Shown in pieces: positions 1 through 14,049 of a DNA stretch of 64,000 nt; the first letter of the stretch is position 1; each line of letters starts with the position of its first letter. The notes below the pieces were generated by a model. It saw nothing but the letters and a program-made list of their open reading frames with translations, was not told the DNA's origin and did no database searches. This DNA is from Octopus vulgaris (Eukaryota). The stretch covers positions 34,162,001 to 34,226,000 of the forward strand of contig OX597837.1 of assembly GCA_951406725.2 (NCBI GenBank). Direction: 5' to 3'. The position numbers and the translations under genes are program-made.

Positions 1-93
1 CCCTGCAGTTGGTTTTTTTTTTCTTCTTCCTCTTTGACTGCTTCCTGCTTAACTTGAGTAATATTTGCCGTCACCTCTGTTGGAACACTGTCA

Positions 94-1540
94 TCAAATA
101 TGGACAAAGCCACAGTTTCGGGAGCTAAGTACCAGAGATGGTTGGACAATTTTTCGCAGCAGCCTTACTGATTTCTGCATCAATATCTCCTGATAATTTA
201 TCAGTTGACGCAAGAATAAATCATGATAAGGCGCTTTAATTGCTTCCGATGACAGAAACCAGGCTCGAACATACACGCGAACAAGAAAAACACATCTTCT
301 TCTTCTTAAAGAGTTCTTCTCCCAGGGAGATAACTGAAAAATGATCTTGAAACAGGTATATCTTGAATGCGTAAATTGCTTTTGACATCCACCTAGCATG
401 ACTGACAGTTCCTGGTGTACGAAACGATATCCTGTTCTTCAGAAAGGGATATCGCTAACTACAACAGTTCTCGGTAATCATTTCGCTGTTGTTTCTGCGT
501 GGAAAGGTGGTATTTAAAAAATCAAAGAATGGTAGATCGGACATCGTCAGGCACTTCATTGCTACCAGTCATGTAAACCTTGCTGAGATTCGTCCAAGTT
601 TCTTTAAATCTTTTGAGAAATGCTGCCTGGACCAGAAGTTGCACCCATCAGTGAGTCAGAACAATTCCTAAAAGCTAATTCGAAAATATGGTGACAGCAA
701 GGGAAGTACAACAGGTCGCGATTGGACGATTTTTCTAGATTTGTACAGGCGCCATTTACTCGATCTGTGTTGCCTGCTGTATCACAGCAGAGTGCTTGAA
801 TTTTGTCGGTTATACCTATGTCTTTACTACCCACAAGGGGCTAAATACAGAGAGGACAAACAAGGTCAGACAAACGGATTAAGTCGATTATATCGACCCC
901 AGTGCGTAACTGGTACTTATTTAATCGACCCCGAAAGGATGAAAGGCAAAGTCGACCTCGGCGAAATTTGAACTCACAACGTAACGGCAGACGAAATACC
1001 TATTTCTTTACTACCCACAATATGCTAAACACAGAGCGGACAAACAAGGACAGACATAGGTATTAAGTCGATTACATCGACCCCAGTACGTAACTGGTAC
1101 TTAATTTATCGACCCCGAAAGGACGAAAGGCAAAGTCGACCTCGGCGAAATTTGAACTCACAACAACGTAACGGCAGACGAAATACCGCTAAGCATTTCG
1201 CCCGGCGTGCTAACGTTTCTGCCAGCTCGCCGCCTTATACCCTCACTGCTCCACTGCTTGGTAAACAGCCATGGCTTGCTGTTCTCCTGAACATGTCGGA
1301 ATTTCATGGACTTCCGACAATTGCTCCTTGCCTTGAAAAGTTACAATTATTGCCAGTCTGTCAACCTTTTCAACGCGTGCGGGTGCTGGGAGAAGCTTTC
1401 CATCCCCGTGAAATTCTTTCAATGGACGAATGTAACTCACAACCTCACTCGCTCACGGCTGGCCGCTGACTGGATGACGGCGAAAAATAAGTGTTTGCCC
1501 TATACCTGTGCTCTGTCCCCAGTTTTGACAGTCGTTTAGG
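94..1540 (-). pseudogene. Decayed DDE DNA-transposase remnant (hAT-like, probably hATm-type), split by a SINE
   Basis: Broken minus-strand frames give GDGKLLP..VDRLAIIV..EQ, LCCDTAGNTDRVNGACTNLE..RDLLYFPCCHHIFEL and VRVYVRAWF..APYHDL, with many stops and frameshifts. The frame is interrupted at 817-1234. Confidence 0.65.
817..1234 (-). mobile_element. SINE family A (tRNA-derived head, Nin/Deu-like core), dimeric form
   Basis: Head GGCGGCGAGCTGGCAGAAACGTTAGC, B-box-like GAGTTCAAAT, core GCCTTTCATCCTTTCGGGGTCGATAAATTAAGTACC present twice; 7-bp TSD TTATACC at 810-816 and 1235-1241. Confidence 0.9.
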
Positions 1541-1639
1541 TTAAATTTGTGCTCTATTTCTGTGTCTCGCTTCTCTAAATTTTGTTCTAAGGCGTTGAAA
1601 ATAAGTGTACAAAGCGCATAACATTGTAAAAACGGAGGG

Positions 1640-1945
1640 GGTTATAAACATGGTATTACAACTTTGTCAGGGCTACCAAGTTCAATTCCCGGACACGCGT
1701 TGTGTTCTTGAGCAAGATACTTTATTTCACATTTCTCCAGTCAACTCAGCTGGAAAAATTAGCAGTATCTGTATTTCAAAGGGCCAACCTTGTCACACTG
1801 TGTGTCACGCTGTATCTCCCTGAGGACTACGTTAAGGGTACACGTGTTTGCGGAATGCTCAGCCACTTGCACGTTAATCTAATGAGCAAGCTGTTCCGTT
1901 GACAGTATCAGCTGGGACCCTCACGTCGCAACCGACGGAGTGCTC
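1640..1945 (+). mobile_element. Old SINE with V-domain-like core and the family C 3' tail
   Basis: GTTCAATTCCC B-box, GTGTTCTTGAGCAAGATACTT core, and tail ..CTACGTTAAGGGTACACGTG..ACCGACGGAGTGCTCC shared with family C. Confidence 0.65.
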
Positions 1946-1964
1946 CATCTCTCTCTCTCTCAAC

Positions 1965-2391
1965 ACACACACATACATACATACATAATACATACATACA
2001 TACATACATACATACATACATACATACATACATACATGCATGCATACATACATACATACATACATGCATACATACATACATACATACATACATGCATACA
2101 TACATACATACATACATATATACATACATACATACATAAATATATACATACATACATACATGCATGCATACATACATACATACATACATATATACATACA
2201 TACATAAATACATACATACATACATGCATGCATACATACATACATACATACATACATACACACATACATACATACATGCACACATACATACATACATACA
2301 TACATAATACATACATACATACATACATACATACATACATACATACATACATACATACATACATACATACATACTTAAATACATACATACA
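1965..2391. repeat. (ATAC)n microsatellite
   Basis: Read directly from sequence. Confidence 0.97.
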
Positions 2392-2394
2392 TGG

Positions 2395-3070
2395 TGGCTG
2401 CCCCCCTCGTTATCGAGTATGGCCATTGCACGAAGCTTAATCAATGTTGTTATCGTGCAATGCCTGTGCAAGAAGATTTCTTTTTAAAGTGAGGAAAGGT
2501 TGTGCACTGAGTCAATCCCACTCACTAAGCAACAGCAGCCATAATCCGAAAAGAAGAACAAGTCAACATCATCGGTAACCACTGAGCCGCAGGTTTTATA
2601 TCCCAGTTACCTGAGTTACCTTCTCTAACAAAGGCTAGGAGTCCACTCCCAATGGTTTAACCGCTCGATCGGGTACTTAGTCCGATTATTTCTATGTCCC
2701 CGCGCATGATACAGCCTTAAGACATTTATTGGAAGGCCGTTGACTCTCAAGAGTTCCTCCGCCCTTTGACGGGTTTTGTTTTTCATCCCGCAGGGTGTCC
2801 AATAAACACCCTCCCCACCAAGCAAGCTTGAGTTGTGACGTCACAGATGCCAAGGTGTATCGGCTCCTTTGCCTTTTCCTTGGATAACAACGGTGGCGTG
2901 GAGAGGGAAGGCCGGTATGCATGGGCGACTGCTGGTCTACCATAAACAACCTTGCCCGGACTTGTGACCGATGGGGGTCGCAGACATGCATGCATGCATG
3001 TCTGCGACCCCCATCGGTCACGACACAGACCATGGGATTGTACCTAGAAAGTTACCCTCTCAGGCACACT
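2395..3070. mobile_element. Interspersed repeat remnant, possibly RTE-related
   Basis: GC-richer block with no intact ORF; resembles untranslated portions of RTE-type elements from recollection only. Confidence 0.35.
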
Positions 3071-3314
3071 CTGAATATTCCAAACGTCTCATAATGTAAT
3101 CATTATTGTCCTTTGTACACACAGATGATTAATTAATATCCATTAGATCTCTCTATCTTCTAACTGGATAATAATGTTTGATATTTTACGATATTTTATA
3201 TATTATATTCATTGAAGAAATATCTTTTCAAAATATAATATATTAAACCAGTTTATCTTGGATTAATATCCCTATAAAAGGTTTAAATATCCTCAATGTG
3301 ACTATATATATATA

Positions 3315-3714
3315 CTAGCAGTATCGCCCGGCGTTGCTCGGATTTGTAAGGGAAATAACTATATAAGCATTTTTAGGGAGTTATAGTCAAAAAGTAGCAA
3401 AAAAATGCATTAAAAATGGAAAAAAAATGATGGTAATTTTTTTTTTAAATCGTTGACTCACCGTAGACATTTTTAGAGAGTTACTTCCCTTATATAATAG
3501 CGAAAAAATGCATTAAAATGGAAAAAAATGATGGTAATTTTATTTTAAATCGTAGACTCATCGTAGACGCTCGCTAATACCCAGAAGGGCTCGATATGAA
3601 TCAAGACTATAAGATACCCGGTTTTGGTTAAACTGCACCGCAAAATGTGGGAGTAGTTAGGAATCTAAATCGTAGGAGACAGACAGCACACAACCTTTCT
3701 TTTATATATAAAGG
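3315..3714 (-). mobile_element. Non-autonomous Helitron, subtype 1
   Basis: Minus-strand 3' end CCGAGCAACGCCGGGCGATACTGCTAG followed by T (hairpin plus CTAG terminus); near-identical copy at 20007-20400. Confidence 0.85.
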
Positions 3715-3775
3715 TTAAACCAGTTTATCTTGGATTAATATCCCTATAAGAGGTTTAAATATCCTCAATGTGACT

Positions 3776-3804
<29 letters not shown>

Positions 3805-3806
<2 letters not shown>

Positions 3807-3882
3807 CAGGAAGTTGATTATATGTCCGGTCAATGATTTCGCATCCACAAAGCCTTATGGGACGATGAATTCAACTTCCTGT
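3805..3882. mobile_element. Tiny MITE-like inverted-repeat element
   Basis: 13-bp inverted ends TACAGGAAGTTGA / TCAACTTCCTGTA at the edge of a TA run. Confidence 0.5.
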
Positions 3883-3944
3883 AAATACTTTACTGCTGTA
3901 CTTTAGAATGTGCTTTTTTCTTCTTCTTCAGATATATGATCCAC

Positions 3945-4367
3945 GGATCTTTTCGGTTTGAACGGCAGTTTTTTCTAGCGGTGTCATATGAAATTGTCAC
4001 CCATAATTATGACCCTAGTATCGATCTATTGCATTTCAATCTGTTTTAGGGTTAGGGTTAGGGATGGGGGGAATGGTATCTTTTTTTTTCTTCAGAAATG
4101 TAAATAAACCCAATCTGTTTCTTAAACGAGGGACATATTCATACGGCACAGAATGTTTTTTTTTTACCTCAATGGACGTCGGTGATTGGTTGAAATAGCA
4201 GAAATTGAAGAAAAACAACAACAAATATCTTACAAACTATAGAATTTTCCCAATAAAGCCAAGAGAAAAAGATGTTTTGTAAACACATTCTACCAGTATA
4301 CGAAGTTTAAAAGTGTTTAGTCACGTGGAAATTATTTTAAAAACTGCCGTTCAAACCGAAAAGATTC
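3945..4367. mobile_element. MITE with ~28-bp TIRs and 8-bp TSD (Merlin- or hAT-like)
   Basis: GGATCTTTTCGGTTTGAACGGCAGTTTT .. AAAACTGCCGTTCAAACCGAAAAGATTC; TSD TGATCCAC at 3937-3944 and 4368-4375. Confidence 0.9.
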
Positions 4368-4399
4368 TGATCCACTTACGATACACCCACACACATGCC

Positions 4400-5542
4400 T
4401 GTGTATGTATCGTTGTGTCAGTGTTTGTCACCCACCACCACCTACGCTTCCCAACCGGTGTTGCTATGTTTACGTCCCCGTAACTTGGCGGTTCCGGCTT
4501 AGAAGAAAAAAGTACTTCGTGGAGATTCATTCCACTAAAAATTCATTCTTCAAGCCAGTGCCCCAGCGTGGCCGCTGTCGAATGACTGAAACAAGTAAAA
4601 GGTAAAAAGTAAATAAGGTAAGCCTGGGTATGACATTAAACTCCATCCGGTGTTGAGGCTCCGGACTTTGAATGGTAACACCTGCCGGGGTCCCATCAGG
4701 AGTTGATGCGGATCCAGTTACATACAGTTATATATATATATATATACGACGGGCTTCTTTTCAGTTTCCGCTTACCAAATCCACTCACAAGGCTTTGGTC
4801 AACTCGAAGCTACAGTAGAAGACAATAATCCAAGGTCCCAAGTCGTGGGACTGAACTCGGAACCATGTGGTTGGGAAGCAAGCTTCTTTGCTTACACACA
4901 CCCACCAGCTCCTGACAACCGATGTTGGTGTGTTTACGTCTCCGTAACTTAGAGGTTCGGCAAGAGAGACCGATAGAATAAGTACTAAACTTACAAAGAA
5001 TAAGCCCTGGGGGGTGATTTATTCGACTAAAGGTGATGCTCCAGCATGGCCGCAGTAAAATGACTGAAACTAGTAAAAGAATATTTGTGTTTGTGTGTGT
5101 ATCGTGCTAACGCCGGACGAAATACTTAGCGGTATTCCGTCTGCCGTTACGTTCTGAGTTCAAATTCCGCCGAGGTCGATTTTGCCTTTCATCTTTTCGG
5201 GGTCGATTAAATAAGTACTTGTGAGTGGATTTGGTAGACGGAAACTGAAAAGAAGCCTGTCGTATATATATATGTATGTGTTTGTGTTTCTCCCCCTAGC
5301 ATTGCTTGACAACCGATGCTGGTGTGTTTACGTCCCCGTAACTTAGCGGTTCGGCAAAATGGACCGATAGAATAAGTCCCGGGGTCGATTTGCTCGACTA
5401 AAGGCGGTGCTCCAGCATGGCCGCAGTCAACTGACTGAAACAAGTAAAAAAAAAACAACAAAAAGCACATACGCACACACACGCAAATATTTAGACATAC
5501 ATAGACATGAATATACACATATATATATATATATAAATACTC

Positions 5543-5584
<42 letters not shown>

Positions 5585-5774
5585 TCTTTCACTTGTTTCA
5601 GTCATTGGACTGCGGCCATGCTGGAGCACCGCCTTTAGTCGAACAAATCGACCCCCAGGACTTATTCTTTGTAAGCCCAGTGCTTATTCTATCGGTTATT
5701 TTTTTGTCGAACCGCTAAGTTACGAAGACGTAAACACACCGGCATCGCTTGTCAAGCGATGTTGGGGTGGACAA

Positions 5775-5780
<6 letters not shown>
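4400..5780. mobile_element. Cluster of partial SINE B copies in both orientations plus a SINE A fragment (5103-5220)
   Basis: Repeated motifs CCAAATCCACTCACAAGG, GTTTACGTCCCCGTAACTTAGCGGTTCGGC and CCAGCATGGCCGCAGTCAAATGACTGAAACAAGTAAAA. Confidence 0.85.
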
Positions 5781-6362
<582 letters not shown>

Positions 6363-6605
6363 CATGTCTGACCTGTCTCCTGCCAGTCTAGCTTTTAATG
6401 AATGGATGAATCAATCAATCAATCTGTCGATAAATCCATCGATCTGTCGATCTCTCTACAGTCACAACTGAGATAAAAACTTAACAGGCAAACAGATAAA
6501 TTACGTATAAAATGAAAATGTTAGTAAAAAACAAAACGGAAATATTTCAAACTTGTGTTAGGACGTGTTTTTTTTTTTTTTTTTATAATAGAAATATTTT
6601 CTTAC

Positions 6606-6766
6606 GTAAGTATGATTCTTGTGAAGATGTGGCGTTCATACACTTCATTTGTAAATTGCGATAATGACAGCCTTGAAACTATGAATCTAAAAGCCGTTTG
6701 CCTTCTCTGCCTGGCTTCGCGCACCTGCTGCCTCTTCGGGTCAGCGATTAAAACAGGATGAAACGT
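6606..6766 (-). other. Candidate exon of an unidentified host gene
   Basis: Unique GC-richer island with minus-strand pyrimidine-rich acceptor ..TTCTGCTCTCTGTCAG| and donor |GTAAGA. One frame is open throughout, and another has ATG-KCMNATSSQESYL. No protein family recognised. Confidence 0.3.
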
Positions 6767-6836
6767 CTGACAGAGAGCAGAAGATTTTAAAAATAAAAAT
6801 TTTAATGACTTGGGAGAGGGTGAGATTTTGTTTGTC

Positions 6837-6867
<31 letters not shown>

Positions 6868-7134
6868 AGTTGTAGTGTTAGTGGTGGTGGCTGTAGTTGC
6901 AGTGGTGTGTGTGTGTGTGTGTGTAGTGGTAGTACTAGTGGTGGTGGTGGTGGTGGTGGCTGTGGTTGCAGTGGTGGTAGCCACATATCTGGAGAGAAAG
7001 AGAGAGAGAGAGAGAAAAAGAGGTCCGGAGTTAGAGGTAGCATGTATCTGTGTAACAACCTCGATATCTTTCTCTCTCTCTCTCTCTTTCCCCCTCTCTC
7101 TCTCCTCTTTCTCTACCACTATGAATCGTCTGCT

Positions 7135-7235
<101 letters not shown>

Positions 7236-7269
7236 CATATATATATATATATATTATAAATATAAATAC

Positions 7270-7321
<52 letters not shown>

Positions 7322-7501
7322 GACAACCTTCTCTCAGTTTCCGTCAAGCTAAATCCACTCACAAGGCTTTGGTCAGCCCGAGGCTATAGTAGAAGACACT
7401 TGCCTAAGGTGCCACGCAGTGGGACTGAACCCGGAACCATTTCGTTGGGAAGCAAACTTCTTTCCACACAGCCACGCCTATATATATACACACATATACA
7501 C

Positions 7502-7618
<117 letters not shown>

Positions 7619-7785
7619 GCTATGTTGGAGCGCCGCCTGGAGGAATTTTAGTCAACCGAATCCATTGCTGTATTTACTTTTTTTTCTCAAATCTTGATAC
7701 TTATTCTATCGGACCTGCTTTGCTGAACCGCTAAGTTACGGGAATCTAAACGAATCGAAACCGGTTGTAAAGCAGTGGTGTCTCA

Positions 7786-7850
<65 letters not shown>

Positions 7851-8181
7851 TAGGGGCTTTGGCCGGCCGGGAGTTTTAGTAGAAGATACTTGCCCAAGGT
7901 ATCACTTTGGGGGACTGAAACCGGCCGGTCGAATCTACGTGATTAGAACACGAATTTCTCTTAAACAGGTACACACACATACATACATACATAAACACAT
8001 ACATACACATGTATATACATATACAGATACATACATATACACAGATACAGATACACACACACGCATGCACACACACACACACATACATAAATTTACACAC
8101 ATATATACACGTACAAATACATATTTACGCGCACATATACACTCACATTTACACATATATACACACATATGTATGTATATG

Positions 8182-8216
<35 letters not shown>

Positions 8217-8232
8217 ATGTGTGAGTATATCC

Positions 8233-8338
<106 letters not shown>

Positions 8339-8396
8339 TTTATTTAAAAGCAGTAGAAATTCAAAATAGAACCGATCGGTTCTATTTTAACAAAAG

Positions 8397-8434
8397 CTGT
8401 CCGACGAACGGGAACGTGAAACTCCGAGTAACAG
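8397..8434 (+). ncRNA. Small type I hammerhead ribozyme motif (variant core)
   Basis: CUGU-CCGACGA-ACG[GGAA]CGU-GAA-ACU[CCG]AGU-A-ACAG: all three stems pair, with a GUA cleavage triplet at 8428-8430. Confidence 0.75.
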
Positions 8435-8541
8435 GTTTTGTTGAATTTCTGCTGCTTTTAAATAAAGCATATTACTCTACCCCTGGTATTTGAGTACTCT
8501 TTTTTCCACCTTGTTTCACATTTATGTGCTTACTCCGGTAT

Positions 8542-8958
8542 ACTCTTTTTTTTTTACTTGTTTCAGTCATTTGACTGCGGCCATGCTGGAGCACCGCCTT
8601 TAGTCGAGCAAATCGACCCCGGGACTTATTCTTTGTAAGCCCAGTACTTATTCTATCGGTCTCCTTTTGCCGAACCGGTAAGTGACGGGGACGTAAACAC
8701 ACCAGCATCGGTTGTCAAGCAATGCTAGGGGGACAAACACAGACACACAAACACACAAACACACACACACACATATATATACATATACATATATACGACG
8801 GGCTTCTTTCAGTTTCCGTCTACCAAATCCACTCACAAGGCATTGGTCAGCCCGGGGCTATAGCAGTAGACACCTGCCCAAGATGCCGCGCAGTGGGACT
8901 GAACCCGGAACCATGTGGTTGGTTAGCAAGCTACTTACCAAACAGCCACTCCTGCGCC
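8542..8958 (-). mobile_element. SINE family B, full length
   Basis: Head GGCGCAGGAGTGGCTG..GGTTCAGTCCC (A/B boxes), internal (TA)/(TG) tract, tail GAAACAAGTAAAA. Confidence 0.9.
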
Positions 8959-9099
8959 TATATTATATATATACATACACACACACGTATATGCATATAT
9001 ATAAATGTATGCATGCTTATTTATATGTGTGTTTGAGCGTCTATAAAGACAGAGTGAAAGAAAGGGAGAGAATGAGAAAGAGAGAGAGAGAGATAGAAA

Positions 9100-10460
<1,361 letters not shown>

Positions 10461-10544
10461 ACCACCACCGCCGCCATCTTTACTACCCCGTCTACACCCG
10501 GTCTCGAGCTAATGTGTTTTGTGTGTGAAATAACTTACTAGCAA

Positions 10545-10655
10545 GGTGGTTACCCGGAAGATTGTGAAGATTGCCTTATTGCCGGGGAATTCCCATCGTT
10601 TTCCAATGACGTCAATGGCGCCATGACAACGCTTGCTGTCATGACGGTGTTTTAG
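10545..10655. promoter_or_regulatory. Candidate enhancer or promoter motif cluster (ETS, NF-kB, CCAAT/CRE)
   Basis: CCGGAAG 10554-10560, GGGGAATTCCC 10584-10594, and CCAAT overlapping TGACGTCA 10607-10614, in unique CpG-retaining DNA. Confidence 0.45.
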
Positions 10656-10818
10656 CTAAATTTACAACAGCTTTGTCCTATTGCCGAAGCAATGCGCCGG
10701 AGAGAGAGCCGAGATAAGAAAATAAACCTGCCTCGTAAGATCCATGCGTGCGACCGTCTGCTTCTGAGTATATCCACTCACACAAACGCGTTTGCGCGTG
10801 TTCAACGGTATATCTTTT

Positions 10819-11236
10819 AGGCGGCGAGCTGGCAGAAACGTTAGCACGCCGGGCGAAATGCGTAGCCGTATTTCGTCTGCCGTTACGTTCTGAGTTCAAA
10901 TTCCGCCGAGGTCGACTTTGCCTTTCATCCTTTCGGGGTCGATAAATTAAGTACCAGTTACGCACTGGGGTCGATGTAATCGACTTAATACCTTTGTCTG
11001 TCCTTGTTTGTCCCCTCTATGTGTTTAGCCCCTCGTGGGTAATAAAGAAATATGTATTTCGTCTGCCGTTACGTTCCGAGTTCAAATTCTGTTGAGATCG
11101 ACTTTGCCTTTCATTCTTTCGGGGTCGATAAATTAAGTACCAGTTACGCACTGGGGTCGATGTAATCGACTTAATACCTATGTCTGTCCTTGTTTGTCTC
11201 CTCTGTCTTTAGCCCCTTGTGGGTAATAAAGAAATA
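10819..11236 (+). mobile_element. SINE family A, dimeric
   Basis: Full head plus duplicated body; TSD GGTATATCTTTT at 10807-10818 and 11237-11248. Confidence 0.92.
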
Positions 11237-11344
11237 GGTATATCTTTTCGAAGATATATGCTTTTGAAGATACAAGGAATGGCCAAATATTCTAGAAATT
11301 CGCTTCGTAGCCAAGCAACCCCGGGATCAGCTCCAATATATACG

Positions 11345-11828
11345 TTTCTACTCTAGGCACAAGGCCCGAAATTTTTTGTGTAGAAGGGGTCAGTCGATTA
11401 GATCGACCTCAGCACGCAACTGGCACTTAATTTATCGACACCGAAAGGATCAAAGGCAAAGTCGACCTCGGTGGAATTTGAACTCAGAACGTAGCGGCAG
11501 TCAAAATATTGGTAAGCATTTTGCCCGGAGTGCTAACGTTTCTGCCAGCTCGCCGAAAGGATTTTGAACTCAGAACCTAGCGGCAGACGAAATACCTATT
11601 TCTTTACTAACCCACAAGGAGCTAAACACAGAGAGGACAAACAAGGACAGACAAACGTATTAAGTCGATTATATCGACCCCAGTGCGTAACTGGTACTTA
11701 ATTTATCGACCCCGAAAGGATGAAAGGCAAAGTCGACCTCGGTGGAATTTGAACTCAGAACGTAGCGGCAGACGAAATACCGCTAAGCATTTCGCCCGGT
11801 GTGCCAACGTTTCTGCCAGCTCGCCGCC
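11345..11828 (-). mobile_element. SINE family A composite (two adjacent or nested copies)
   Basis: Reverse-complement heads at ~11553 and ~11828, each with the family core. Confidence 0.85.
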
Positions 11829-12089
11829 TTCAGCTCCAATATGTGGCATCTGTGACAAACGTCGCGTCGTTTTCTATAATCTCGGATCGACCGATGCGTT
11901 GTGAGTGAAACTGGAAAGACGGAAACTGTACTGAAGCTGTGTGAATGGATTGTACACGTAACTGAAAAGGTACAGCCTTAACACAGATTGTGTCACGTGG
12001 GACGCTCATCAATGTTCGTTCGGGTTCAGTTAATCGGGCAATTGAATCATCGTTGTTGAGCGACGGAGATCCGCATATGACATGTTTGC

Positions 12090-12865
12090 AGACATGGCTG
12101 TCTGGTTAAGAAGTTTACTTCGCAGTCAGATGTTTTCGGGTTCGAATAATACCTTAGACAATTGTCTTCTCCTAAAGCTTTATGACGTAGCCTAGTTGTT
12201 AGGGCGTCTTACTCATGATCGAAAGGTCATGCGTTCAATTCTTAGACCAGTTAGCGCGTCGTGTCCTTGTGCAAGGCACTACATTTTGCAATGTTCCAAA
12301 ATCAGGTCCGCGCCGTTGCCCCACCACCGCCAGCTGTCATATCTTGGATGTGCCATTGGATCAAAGGATGCAGAGTCGGGAGGGCATCCATGTTTGCTCG
12401 CGATCCCTTCAGCCCCTAAAACGCTCCCAGTCACGAATTGTTGGGACTTTTTTTTGCACATTTCTATTTATCTTTTACTTGTTTAATTCATCGGACTGTG
12501 GTCATGCTGGAGCATCGCATTCAAGGGTGGTTTTAGTTGAACAAATTTTCCCCAGTATTCATTTTTAAAAACCTGGTACTTATTCTATCGGTTCTTGTTT
12601 ACCGAACCGATAAGTTACGGGGACGTAAACAAACCAACACTGTCAAGCTGGGGATGGAATGACAAGCACATACACCAAGACACACACGGGTACACACACA
12701 CACACATACATATAGGACGGGCTTCTTTCAGTCTCCGTTTACCAAATTTACTCGCAAAGCTTTTATAGTAAAAGACACATTACCCAAGGCCGAGGTGCTA
12801 CACAGTGGGACTGAACCCGAGACCATGTGGTTGAGAAGCAAGCTTCTTATCACGCTGCCACATCT
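12090..12865. mobile_element. Old tRNA-derived SINE remnants (V-like at 12190-12300; family B on minus at 12470-12865)
   Basis: Degenerate A/B boxes, GTGTCCTTGTGCAAGGCACT core, and family B motifs. Confidence 0.7.
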
Positions 12866-13094
12866 GTAACTAACAGCTTAAGAACTTTTCCCCCCAAAAT
12901 CTGAGGAATTGATATAAGACTTGTAATACTTTGAGACATCCAGTGATCCAGAAGCCATGATACACTATTCTTTTCGGCTTTTACTGACGATTGCTCGGGC
13001 TGTCTTAAAATCTGGTATGAAACCAATTCATAAATTGGTAGACACAGAATATATAATATTGTATTTTATAGTCTTGTTTTTTGTGTAATGAAAA

Positions 13095-13440
13095 ATCGTG
13101 AATACAAGCGGTCGAGGTAGGGCTTCTTCAAAGGTTCTTTGGGTCAACGTTTACTTGGTTGAGTTTGGAGTAAGGTTACTTAGTTAAGAGCGTAGCTCGG
13201 AGATCAGAGAGGTGCTCAAAAGTAGAGCCGCGACTTCTCCGAATTGAGAGATCACTGCTCCGATACTTTGGACCTGTTGTAAGAATGTCCCAGAAAATAT
13301 TTACTGGACAGGTTTTATGGGCAAAACCCAACCGCCAGGAGATTCAGGGGTAGACTACGAACAAGTTGGAAGGTATGCTTGAGGACTCTTCCGCCATGAC
13401 CCTTCCAAGAATAAGTGGGCGAAGTAGATGAGATGAGGTG
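13095..13440 (+). mobile_element. RTE-clade LINE 3' fragment, decayed
   Basis: Frameshifted translation resembles RSSEIREVL..LLRIERSLLRYFGPVVRM..KPNRQEIQG/RGRLRTSW, the typical RTE C-terminus. Confidence 0.7.
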
Positions 13441-13774
13441 AGATAACATGTACGCACGCGCGCGTGGTATGTAAAACTAACCAATTCTAATGTAAGTGAT
13501 CCTCACAAACTATGAACTAACAAGAATAAAGGACAAGATATAAAAAAAAATTCACAATCAAGTTTAACAAAAGTGTATCCTCATCATTAGCTGCCGGACG
13601 GGTATCATTATTGTTTCGACACCTAGGCAAACTAAAACAAAAATATCTTTTGCTCATTTCAGTTGTTAGAATTTTAGTCGAACGAATCGATCCCAGTACT
13701 ATTTTTAAGCCTGGTACAATTCTTTACTGGACTTTATTCCGGAAAAAAACCCCGCTTATTCAGGAATTACCAAA

Positions 13775-14043
13775 TGGCACCTGATTTGGTGCTATCTGGC
13801 TATCATCTGTTCCCCAACATGACAAAACTCTTTGGGAACCAGTAGTGGTGACATCATATCGGCCGTTGATGATTTCTTTGAGAAACATGATGAAGGCTTC
13901 TTCACCAATGGAATCCGAGCAATACCCATGGAAGAAGTGTGTGAACTGCAAAGGGTGAGGGACGATGTTGAAAACTAAACTTCATTTAATCACATTCCAT
14001 GAGAGTATCTTGGTCAGTCTACGAACTTTTCGGTTCACCCTCG
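13775..14043 (+). mobile_element. mariner transposase 3' end with right TIR
   Basis: PDLVLSGYHLFPNM (SPDLAPSDYHLF motif), ISAVDDFFEKHDEGFFTNGI, WKKCV; ends AACTTTTCGGTTCACCCTCG. Confidence 0.8.
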
Positions 14044-14049
14044 TTTTCA

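Noticed and set aside
4045-4062. Telomere or chromosome-fusion relic
   Set aside because: Only three units, located inside a MITE.
6740-6771. Hammerhead-like GUCA..GAAACGUC-UGAC
   Set aside because: The core reads GCGAUUA and there is no stem II; likely chance.
13180-13210. Hammerhead-like GAGCGTAGCTC hairpin
   Set aside because: Better explained as RTE coding sequence (RSSEIREVL); core nucleotides are absent.
13760-13951. Minus-strand 63-aa ORF as a host exon
   Set aside because: It is the antisense of a mariner transposase 3' end.
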